Shown: positions 1 to 12,000 of the stretch, piece by piece
How positions within the stretch are numbered: position 1 is the first letter of the stretch
Layout: each line of letters opens with the position of its first letter
Source: Callorhinchus milii
Taxonomy: Eukaryota
Assembly: GCF_018977255.1 (NCBI RefSeq)
Contig: NW_024704755.1
Location: 15,810,001-15,874,000 of the forward strand
Direction: 5' to 3'
Length of the DNA: 64,000 nucleotides
Notes under the pieces: generated by a model
Told to the model about the DNA's origin: nothing
The model's database searches: none
Seen by the model: the letters and a program-made list of their open reading frames with translations, nothing else
Made by a program: the position numbers and the translations under genes

Positions 1-2877
1 CCACATTATTTCCTTCAATCACCAGCTGGTCAGTTGTATTAATAATAATCCTCTTATGCATCATTACAACAACAACAACTTGCACTTGTATAGTGCCCTC
101 CATATGGGGTAGTGTCTTAGAGCGCTTAACAATGGTGGGGCTTGACTCTGAGCTGAGGGTGCGGGGTTGGGGGAAGGTAGCCATAAGCACGGTCGAAGAG
201 GAAGGTTAAGTCATAAACTCTCAAAGCGCTCTGCAGAAATTACTGTTATGTGTGTATTTGAAGGCAAGTTTGTATATGTTCCTTGATAAATTGCTCCCAG
301 TTAAATCAACAGAACCATGTAGACCACTATTTAGTGCATATTCTAACATTAATTAGAAAGTACTCCCAAAATCCGTAGACAAAAGATTATCTTCTGAAGT
401 CCGCTGAATTTGGTGTGTTCAGGCACAGGTTGCTTCACAGCATGTCATCTTGCAGCTACTGCAGCTCTAAGGAGATCTTGCTTACCTCCCCCCAAGGAGG
501 ATAGTGGTCAGTTGATATCCAAGAAGCACAGGTTTGAGCCCTCAGTAGGTGGATGGCATCTACCAGGAACACCCTGCAAGTTTCCTCATGGGCAACCCAG
601 CTAAGCATTACATTTGTGATAACATTGCCACCATCTTCCTGCCATAGCTAGGACACAGATCCCTTCCCATTGAGCAATGGGAAGTTGAAGGTGCTGAGTT
701 TGAGCAGCACATGTATATGTCTCTGCATAACAATCAAGGTTGATTCCAAGCCCTGGATATATGAACCTGTGTTACCAATTCAGATCCAGGAAGCACCATT
801 GTCCCTCCAAGCAGCTGTCTCTCCCCATACCTCAGCATTTCCTCATCAACAATCTGATGGACATATGCCTTTGGTGTGGTGGAAGGACCTTTACAGGTCC
901 TGTACAACTTGTGATTTGCCAGCTGCCTCGGTCCATCTCCAATGCTATGCACCAGACACGTTCTGCACCAGCTGCTTAATCCAGGGCCTCATGCAAAGGG
1001 ACTTGTCAAATAGACATGCCTGCTTTGTGTCTTCCAATCAAAAGCCTCTTCGGCCATACAGAAACATGGTTCTGCACTTGTGGGCAACTACCATCTTGTC
1101 CCACTGTGATCCTGTGTTCAAGATGGTGGCATCAGCAATATAGTCACAATGGTGGCTATGGCTTGATCTGACTGAAGCATGATGATGGGTGTTTGCATGA
1201 CAATCTTTGTGTCAGGTGCCCACCTGACAATATAAAAAATATTTTCGAAGCATAAAATTAAGCACAAGCTCATGCTATTGTGCAATAAATAAACCTGTGC
1301 CATTCTCATTCTACTGCAGTTATTAAATGCCATTCAGTTGAACAACTCTATACATATCAGAGAACCTAAGGATTTTGCCGTTACTTAGTCGGACAAAACG
1401 GAACCAGATACAGTCCCAAGATTAAGTCAAATCTAATCATTACTTTAATATCCTTATATCTGGTGTAGGGCTTTGTCACTTCATTGAGGTGCCTCAAAAT
1501 CATCAAAGGATTTTACTGGGAAGCAGCATTTTACTTGGATTTTTCTGTAGGTACCCAGTATTCAATTTGCTCGCAGCATTATCACACAAACAGTCTTGAA
1601 GTAAATGACCAATTTTCTTTTGGAGGATTGTTGGCCAGGAGCCTTGTATCAACTCCTTTTTCTTTTTTGGATAGAGTCATGCAATCTTTAACGTTCACCT
1701 GAACAGGTAGATGGGACCTTGGTTTAATAGCTCCAAAGAATGGTATCTCTAACAATGTTTTCTCCAGTTACTGCTCTGTTTTTTTTTGTGGGCACCATTT
1801 ATTGTTTTTATTGCTAACTTCTGTCTTTTTTAAAAACTTAAATTGTAATTCTTTTTAATCTTATCTGTCTCTGAGGTTATAAAATAACCATGAAAGTTAA
1901 GCTTTATCCTTGCAGATTTTGTTAGAACTAACATTCTTATACATGCTGAATCAATGCTTTAAAAGTGTCATGTTTGGTACAATAAAAAATCTGAATTTTA
2001 ATCAGCGATAATATTGCGTCAAAAGACAGTGAAACTAGCAATTGTAAATGCACTTTATTTAAAATCAACAATGTATTGCCTCAAAAGTAGAACTCAGTAC
2101 AATCAATCGTAGGATTACACAATTAGCACTATTGGTATTCAACAATGCATTATTAATATTAACAATATATGGTGAGAATGATTGTGGAAATATATATTAA
2201 CTGTAAGACACAAATGATTATAAATCCGATAGATTGTGCATGGTGTATATTTATGTGCAGTTGAAAGAGAAAGGAACAAATAGTGTGAAAACAACAAAGT
2301 TATGCATAATATTAGTGATGGTCACAATATTGTTCTTTATCTCCAAATGCGTGAGTAATGCATGGATATGAAACAAATTTCCTTCAAGTTCACCAGTGCA
2401 TTGAAATTATCAAATGATGCAAAGTAGCTGTTGCTCCTATTCGAAATGTTAATGTAGGAGAGTAAAAAGTACGTTATTACAAACATTTTCATTTTGAACG
2501 TTTTCATTTTACAAAGGTTTTTATGAACTAAGTTGCACAGTAGATCATCACTTCCCCCTCCACTGCCTCTATTCCTGCATCCATCATAGTGGGACTGCAA
2601 TCTCCTGGTTCAAGCAGTACTTAACCAACTGCCATCACTTCATCTCAGTAATATATATGTAAATATAACTTTGCAAAGAAATATACACAGATGTAATAAG
2701 TGCTTGAAAGAGATGAACTTTAAACTGCTTGAAATCTTTACCCTTTGTATCTCTGTATAGGCTCTGTGCAATACTACTTGACAGAGTAGGAACTAGACTA
2801 CCAAATATATTGGTTTAGTCTGACGTAAAATATCATAGATTTTATAGGAGACAATCACAACATCACATTTCAGGTAC

Positions 2878-2960
2878 GGAAGTCTGAAAACGTTTTATAA
2901 AATCAGAGTGGGAGCCCCACTGCGCCCACAGGGACAGGAAGTTAAGCATCACTTTCACAC
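2878..2960 (+). promoter_or_regulatory. Conserved proximal promoter block with ETS core ACAGGAAG(T/C) and TTTTATAA, repeated before all five leaders
   Basis: ACAGGAAG at 2934, 24758, 32948, 47024 and 52915, about 100 nt upstream of each ATG. Function is inferred from conservation and the ETS consensus. Confidence 0.55.
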
Positions 2961-3039
2961 ATTTTATCTCAACTGACTTACAACCCCTTGTTGCAGATCA
3001 GTGACAGCTTTACAGGGTTTGTCTCAGTCAGAGATCAGG

Positions 3040-6000
3040 ATGTTGGCGAGTGTTGCGTTTCAGTGTCTGTCTCTCATGTGGATCATTACTAAAGGTTTGT
3101 CCTTATTCAATATCCTAGTTTGCTGAAAAAAGACAAGGATAAAGTTCTTATTCTAGTTGCATCCATTCATATAGTCAACCGAGTCTCTATCTTGCCGAGT
3201 GTACCGAGTATCGGGTTTGTCTCTTTGTTGCAGGACTTTTGTCTCAAAACAATGTTTGAATTAATTTCTGACAGTTGCTGACGGGATGTCGATCCACGTA
3301 ACTCAACATCCCAAACACGTCGCTATCAATAGAGGTGAAAATGTGAAGTTCTCCTGCGCCTTGTCTTTCACCACGAGTTTGAGAATATACTGGTGGAAGC
3401 AGGGAGAGAGTGAATACCTGGCAGGTGATCACAAGAAAGTATTTGGTTTGGAAAATACAGGAAGCGCCTTCTTCAAGCTCCTGGATGCAGCTCTCCAAGA
3501 CTCTGGAATTTATTACTGTACAGTCGTGACTCAGGGAAATATAACAGTAGATGGAGCTGGATCACATTTAACTGTCTGTGGTAAGTGTCACTATATGGCA
3601 GAGATTGTAACTATTATTTTTACTAGAGCCATAGTTTACAGTTATATATCGCCTCTCATTGTTGGGAAAGCATCTTAAAATGTTTTATAAAGGCTGAGGG
3701 GCAACAGGAGCTGAGACCAAGCTGGGAGGGGAGAGAAGCCAAAAGGACAGTCAAAGAACTACAACTTCAGGAAGTATTTGAAAGGAGAGAGGGAATGGTG
3801 AAAAGGATTGATTTCGGGAAGGAATTGTGCAGCCACAGTGGGCGCTCTGTGCAGCCCCGGGCGAGGGAATAGCCGGTCGAGTCAGCTCTCACAAGACTGA
3901 AGATAGGGCGCAGTAAGAACATTTGAAATTAGATGTTTTATAGTACAATTGAGTGTTAGAAATAGTTTAAGCAGTGCCGTTTAAACCTTTACAACAAAAG
4001 AATATTTAGTTTCTCCCTATCTTCATCAATATATACTCAACAACACAACTACTACAACTTGCATTTATACAGCGCCCTTCACGAGGGGAAGTGCCCCAGA
4101 GCGCTTTATAGTGGGAGAGTCTGACCCTGAGCCAGGAGGAGAGAGAAAGGGGAGGTGACCGTAAGCGGGATGAAAAAGGAAAGTCTTTAGATGGGATTTG
4201 AAAGTGAGGAGGTTGTGGACAAGGCCGAGGGATTGAGAGAGAGAGTTCCAGACTTTGGGGTGTAGTGGCTGAAGGCATGGCCACTGATGGTGGAGCGGAG
4301 GGGGCAAGGGACGAACTGGAGGCCGGAGCCAGCTGAGCGGTGGCAGAGGGTGGTGATTAACTCATGCCTGTCTTACTCGAACCAAACATCCGTACCCACA
4401 TCTCACCAGTTCTGGCCAGGCTTCCCATCACCGATTGGATTGACTTCAAGATCTTCACACTCGTGTTCAAATCCCTTCACTCTTTGGCACCTCCTTTTAC
4501 CTCTCCTACCTCCTCACACCCCAATGCACCAACCGGCGCCTCCGCTCGATTGGCACCGACCTCTTGCTCATTCCTCTCACCTTCCGCCCCAATATCGATG
4601 TCAAGCTTTCAGCCACTACACTCCAAAACTCTGGAACACTCCCTTATTGCTTCCAAATTTTTACTGAGAACTGAAATGAGACTAACCAGCTGTTTTGTTC
4701 CTGGTTTATCTTTTGCACTTTTCTTGAAAAATGGCACTCCTTCTGGCACCCTTCAATCATCCGCACCCTATCAGTTTCCAACACATTTGGAAAATCATTG
4801 GTAGAGCCTCTACTGTCTCTTCACTGGTTTCCTCAACAATCTGGAATCCCATCAGAGACCTGTGACTTCTCAAGTTTATAGCAAAGAAGACAATTTGGCT
4901 CATATTGTCTATACTGAATCTTTGAAGTTCCTTTTAGGAATTTTTACAGTTCCCTTCTAAAAAGTAGTAACGATCATACAATGTGTCTCGACCACAGCAT
5001 CCGGCAGGACAATCTATATCCTAACACTCTGTGTGAAAAAAAAATCGTAAACTTCCTTATTTGCTCCTTTGCTAACTATCGTAATTTGAAGTCATCTAGT
5101 CACCGACTCTCTGACCAGAGGTTCATTATATCAAAACCCCTCATCACCTTAAAGACTGTAAACTTCACACGTGTCTGCATTAAATTTAATTTGTCATTTC
5201 TCTGCCCATTCAATGAATCTGTACATTCCCCCTGAAGTTGGATAGCATCTTCTTGCAATAACTGAATGCACCTTCTTCATTTTCCATATTTTTGTGTTTT
5301 CTGCAAACGTGAAAATTGTGCCTCTTACACCAGAATCCAGATCACATAAAAATGTCAAATTATTCTAGATTAGTGGGAAGTGACTCAAAAAGTTTTATTA
5401 ATAGCTGGTGAATTTGGTCAGTCGCTTCATGGCTATAGTGAGACATTTCTGTGCACAAAATTGTCTGCTGTGTTTGCTAGCAAATGCAGGCAACACTTTT
5501 TACAATAAAGCCTGCAAAGTGAATTGAGACGTGATCAGATGCTATATCAAAGATTTTTTATTGCAGTGCCCCCAATTGTACTGAAGCTTTCCTCTAATGC
5601 TCCTCAAAAAGATTCATCTCCATTTCTGACTCTCTTGTGTGAAACAACCGCATTTTATCCAGAGAATGTCACCTTCACTTGGTCTAAAAACAGCACCGAA
5701 ATTACAACTGGGATAATCACCACTAATCAATTGAATGCAGAGGGATTGTTTGAAGCTTCCAGCTGTATGGAGGAGACACAGTCTGTCCAGAATGGGACTG
5801 TTTATACCTGTCGGGTGTTTCACCTCAGCCTCCAGACTCCGGGAATTGGCAACTACACGGTTCACCTTCCCAACATAGGTAGGAATCCAATAATTGCAGT
5901 ATTAATTAGTGTTAACTGTATTTTACAAGAATATTTCCTTCTGTTAATTCACGTGAGAAATGGCAGCCATACAGTTTCATAATTTGCTTCATGTAAAAAC

Positions 6001-9000
6001 ATTCTACTTAAAATGAAGAATCTTTGAACGATAAGAAATGTTTAATGATTTTCTCGGTTGTGTCAGTGGGTAGGTTAGTTTTACTTTTTATTTTGCAGAA
6101 AGTTGATGCTACTGAAAAGTCCAAACTGGATCATGTGCTACACTGAAAATTATAAAGTGTACCACTCCTCAATCTAATCTATTTAATGATAACATGCCTG
6201 TTAAACGCTACCATGAGTAGCACACAGTCTACATCTTTACTCCATTGGCTCCCTCTCCTTCAGAGGATCCAGTTCAAGATTCTGGTCCTCACCTACAAAG
6301 CCTATGGCCTCGCCCCACCCTACCTCAGTGACTTCCTAACCCCCTACCAACCCACCCGTTCCCTCCGCTCAGCCGGCTCCGGCCTGCTCCACGTCCCCCC
6401 GACCCACCCGCCCCACCATTGGCGGGAGAGCCTCCAGCCACTCTGCCCCCATCTCTGGAATTCCGTCCCCAATCACTCCGCCTCGGCCCCTCCTTAGCCT
6501 CCTCAAGTCTTGCCTCAAAACCCTCCTCTTCGACCATGCCATCGGTCATCCCCCTTCCCCTCCCCTCCCTTCTCCCACCCTGACCCCAGCTCAGGTCTGA
6601 AATGCTACACATTGTCCAGTGCCTCCTGACGTGAAAGGGGCTATACTAATGTAATCTAGTTGTTATTGTTGTTGTTACTTTAAGCACTCCATGACACCTC
6701 CCTACGTGAAGGGGGACAGGTGGGGGGGGAATAATCCCTTCAGAAGATAATAATAATTTTGTCACTCAATCCACGACTGTTTATGGCACACTACTGGGTG
6801 CAATTGACTGCCGCATTTCGCCCCCAAATATAGAGCTAATTCACTTTACAATATATGCTGTAAAATGCTTTTAAACATCTCAACAATGTGATGAGGCACT
6901 ATATCAAATGCAATGATTATTATTATTGTTCTTATTACTATATCAAATGTTTCCCAATTCACACTGTGAATATCTATCTTCTCTTGTCATGTGGTTTGCC
7001 TCATGCATATAGAATCACATTCAACAGTCATCGTAGAATATTTGAACCATTGGTGTTGTAAAATAATATCACTTGCCCCTGGAAATATTAAAACCTTGGG
7101 TTTCAAAAGATTACCTTCTAATCTATGAGGAATCTGAGCACGACATCTATAATTTTCATCACATTTCCGATTTTTTATGAGTTAATATTTTGTCCCTGAA
7201 ATATATTTAATGCTCTGTCTGACCTGGTTTCACTGTGCTAACTATTGTTATTCCCAGATCACAGTCTCTGTTCATAGGCTTCATATAATTCTGTGTCAGC
7301 CTGGCGGAGTGCTGGCACACTCACCTCTGAGTCAGAACATTTTGAGTTCAAACCTCATTTGGGGACTTAGATTCACATAGTCTAAGTAAGATGACACTCC
7401 AATCCAGTGTTGCAGTGTTGCATTGTCAGAGGTGACATCCTTCGGATGAGAGATTAAACCAAGATCCCGTCTGCCTGTTCAAGTGGACGCTATCAATCCC
7501 ATGAAACTATCCAAAAAGAGAAGGAAGATTCTCTCTCCTGGTGGTCTGGCCAATAATCCCACAAATAAAAGTGTTCACTCACTGTTTGTGAGATATTATT
7601 GATGCAACTAGCTGCTGCGTTTCGCCCACAAAATATAGTCAAAAGACACTAAGGTATTACATCAAATGCAAGGACTATTATTTATTATTAATAATTGTGT
7701 TTTTCGTCAGAACTCAACCATATTTCGCCTGAAATCGGGAGTTAAACCTGAGGACTAATGACCCTGCAGCCCGTATCCCAATGTAATTTAGCGCACAATG
7801 TATGCAATATTTGACTCTGTTCAACGTCAATCATCACTTGTGCCCTGCCAACATGTTTCATTATCTGCAGTTGTCTCTCTATAAAATAATTAACTTTCTG
7901 TTTCATCTCTCTTATTCTACAGTAAATATAATCGAATATCTTAATTTCAATGGGTAAAACAAGTCACCTGAAACATCCATTATATGCCCAAAAATATACG
8001 GTTAATTCACGTTGCAATATATTCTGTGAGGCACTTTGAGACATCTTGGAGACATGATACGGTGCTATATCAAATACAAGGATTATTATTATTAATATAA
8101 TATATAGATTTTACTTAAAATGGATAAACAGAAAATCGTAATTTGTCCTGAAAACACTTTACTTTCTGGAGAATTGTGCAATTACTGAAATTGTAAACCA
8201 TTGCATCACAATGTGCAGTTTAACCTCTCATCTCCCAGTGTCCAGGCCAACAATCCCCCAAATAAAAGTGTTGTGTTTCACAACGACTGTAAGGCATTAC
8301 TGTGTGGAAACTGGCTGCTGTGTTTTGCCCAAAAATACACAATCCAACAGTTTACAGTATATCATGTGAAGTGCTTTGAGGCGCCTTGACGATGTGAAAA
8401 GACATTATGTTAAATGCAAGGATTATTATTTCATTATTATGATCTTATATTATTTTGATAGAAGAAAAGGATCGGTTGCTATATCTATCACTGATCGCTG
8501 GATGTACAGTGGGGCTGTTTTTTTTGGTGCTTTTAGTATTCTTTGGAAATCGATCCAAATTTATGAAAATGAAAGGTAAGAATCAATTTGTTTTGTTCTG
8601 ATTAATTCTGGATGCTTGATTTTGAGACATGTAAGTGTGCAAGTGCTATTGTCCTCCGTTGACACAGAAAGACGGTTTTGCATCGAAATATAGACCTAGA
8701 AGCTCTAGTTGCCCAATTGCTTTTTATTCTATAACATACATACACACATATACTCATTTATACACACACATACGCACATATACACACACACACATATATA
8801 TATACACACACATGTACACACACATATGCACGTATATATATATAAACACACACACATATCCACACACACACAAACACATAGATATATATACACACGCACG
8901 CACATACACATACACACATATATAGATACACATACATANNNNNNNNNNNNNNNNNNNNNNNNNNNNNNNNNNNNNNNNNNNNNNNNNNNNNNNNNNNNNN

Positions 9001-12000
9001 NNNNNNNNNNNNNNNNNNNNNNNNNNNNNNNNNNNNNNNNNNNNNNNNNNNNNNNNNNNNNNNNNNNNNNNNTATACGCATACACATATATGCTCACACA
9101 CACCTATGTATACACACATATACACACACATACATACATATATAGACACGCATATCNNNNNNNNNNNNNNNNNNNNNNNNNNNNNNNNNNNNNNNNNNNN
9201 NNNNNNNNNNNNNNNNNNNNNNNNNNNNNNNNNNNNNNNNNNNNNNNNNNNNNNNNNNNNNNNNNNNNNNNNNNNNNNNNNNNNNNNNNNNNNNNNNNNN
9301 NNNNNNNNNNNNNNNNCATACGCATATATAAACACACACATACACACATGTATACACACACACATAAATTGCTGGCAGGGTGAAACCTAAGGCAAATTTC
9401 CTTACTCCACATGCCTGATAATAAACCCTCAAGAAAAAAAATTATAAATTGGTCACTTCAATCCACGGCTGTTTGAAGGACACTGCTGTGCGCAATTGGC
9501 TGCAGTGTTTTGCCCACAAAACATACAGTCAATCACTTTACAATATATTCTGTGAATTGCTTTGAGATATCTAGAAGATGTGAAAAGCACTTTATCAAAT
9601 GCAAGGGTTATTATTATTATTATATTATTATTGTTTTCATTCTCAATTGGAGATTCAGTAAAAATGTCAGTTATTGTATTTCATTCATTTTAGGGGTACA
9701 CAGGAAACAGAATGATCCAGACCATCATAACCAACAGGTAACATACATCCCATGCATACCTAAAGGGTGATTGATAGCATTGAAAAGGATTGTGTTGTTT
9801 ATAATTATATGAGGATGTTTTCAAAATATTTCTTACCTGATTACCCGTTTCACTATGTCATTCAAATTGGGTTCACACCAATATGAGGCACCAAAGCAAT
9901 GCAGGTAACATAATAAACAAGCCAACCGGTCTTGAGAAAACATTCCCATACATTAGGGCAAAAGTTGAGAGTTTCAGTTTGTGATTTACAGGCAATGCAA
10001 GGAGGAGATGCTGAGACGGTGACTTATATCACACTGGATTTGAAAAGTTCCAATAAACTTTCAAGACCTAAACATCAGGAGGACAGGACAGTGTACGCCA
10101 AGGTACAGCTGAAAATATACAATTATATTATTCTAACCGTAATAAAGAGATTGAAGCCCATGTGTTCTGTTTTGGACACCTCACTTCAGGGAGGATGTTA
10201 AATCCTGCAGAGAAGATTTGTGAAGTGTGGTTTGTTTTCATTGGAGCGAGACTGTTCAGAGGGGATCTGATCAACATGCACCAAATTACAAATTATGTTA
10301 AAATCTGCCAAGAAGATGTGTGAGAATTATATAAGGAAGCTGGAGAAATCTGCTTCCATTGGAGCAAAGAAAGTTGTGAGGGGATCTGATAAAGGTGTAT
10401 CAAATTCGCAATGATTTTGACATGGTATGAAGAATGAAGCTATTCCCGCTGATAAGAGAGTCAGAAAATAGAGGACATGTATACGTTAGTCTAAAGAGCG
10501 AAAGGAAAGTTCAGCAGATTGTTTTCACACTGGGCCTTGTTTTGGTAAGGTAGTAAAAGCAGAGCCTATTGTGAGTTTCAATAAAGAAGTCGATAGGCCC
10601 ATGAATTATATACTGAACGGGGCCTCTAGTCCCCAAGACCTCAACAACTTATCCCAAATATTGTTCTTTATTCGTGAGCCTAGACAGTGCATGCAGCAAA
10701 TTAGGCTCCTCGATAGACATCACTACTTAATGGAAACAGTCTTACGCACCTCTTTCCGACAGACAATTGACGAATTGCACACTACCTGAGAGGTCCCCCC
10801 TCTCCATTCCCAGGCAAGGGATGTTGAGGTTATTTGCCTCGCTGCCTGGACAACTCTGGGAGGGAGCTGGGTACCTCTGGGTTCCTACAGATGGGTTTGG
10901 AACTGAACAGTTGTCTTTACAATTGAGCTATAGAAGAAACTATCAAAGAGATTCCAATGGTTATTTTTTTTTCTGTTTGAATTTTCGTATAAAGACTGAA
11001 TTCATTAAATTCCAATTCCGTGGCTTTTTTAGATCAAACAAAAGGCAGAAGATGATAAGCAGGTATATGCTACTTTGGAGTTTTCTGGCCCGGAGACAGT
11101 AGGAAAACCTAAGAAAAGCAACCCAAATATAGAGTATACCGCAGTGCAGGTGAGAAATCGCGAAGGACATTGGAGGGCGTTTACAGGAAACCAAAATCAA
11201 TGATATGTGGCAATGTTAGCTGCAGGAGCTGATTATTAGAGCAAAGTGATGGTAGGTTCTCTAACATATAAAGTAATATGGTAGGGCCTATACATGGTAG
11301 GAAACCTACCATCAGCCCCACTCCCACCCCACCACCTACACGCCACCACCCACCCCCACCACCACATACACGCGCATACACACACACACACACATCAATG
11401 AATGTTGAGTTCATTGCAGCTTTCTCCATATAAATTGGGGTTGGAGCCAGGTACATCTATGATACTTATAGCACTGAATAGTTGGCTTTATCAAGTGAGA
11501 TATGGGAATAAACAAGATGGAGATACGTATCAACAAGGGGCAGAAAACTCTAGTGGGAGTAGTTTATAGCCCCCCGAACAGCAGTCACAGTATCTCTCAA
11601 GGTATAAATCAGGAAATTAGCAGAGCACGTAGTAAAGGAAAAACATTAATTGTGGGTGATTTTAATCTGCACATAAATTGCGACAATCAAATTGGGAAAA
11701 ATATGATAGAAGAAGAGTTTATAGAATGTATTAGGGATAATTATCTGTATCAGTATGCCGAAGAACCAACCAAGGAACAGGCCATATTAGACCTTGTTTT
11801 GTGCAATGAAGCAGGGCTGATCAGCAAACTGGAAATTAAGGCTCCTCGAGGGCAAAGTGATCATAATATGATGGAATTTAGCATTAAGTTAAAGAGAGAA
11901 ATAGTTAAGTCCGAAGCAAAAGTTTTAAATTTAAGTAGAGCCAATTTTGCTGGTATGAGAAAGAATTTAGCCAAAATAAGTTAGACTAAAGGATTTGACA

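Noticed and set aside
400-1340. Several overlapping 64-157 aa ORFs in moderately GC-rich sequence
   Set aside because: No recognisable motif or splice pattern; probably a decayed repeat. It needs a RepeatMasker/tblastx search and is left uncalled.
3834-3875. CACAGTG heptamer downstream of V1 as a possible RSS
   Set aside because: It is 250 nt into the intron, has no nonamer at 12/23 spacing, and is not conserved in the other copies.
8635-9432. Long His/Thr/Tyr-rich and Cys/Val-rich ORFs
   Set aside because: Translations of the CA/TA microsatellite and N gaps.
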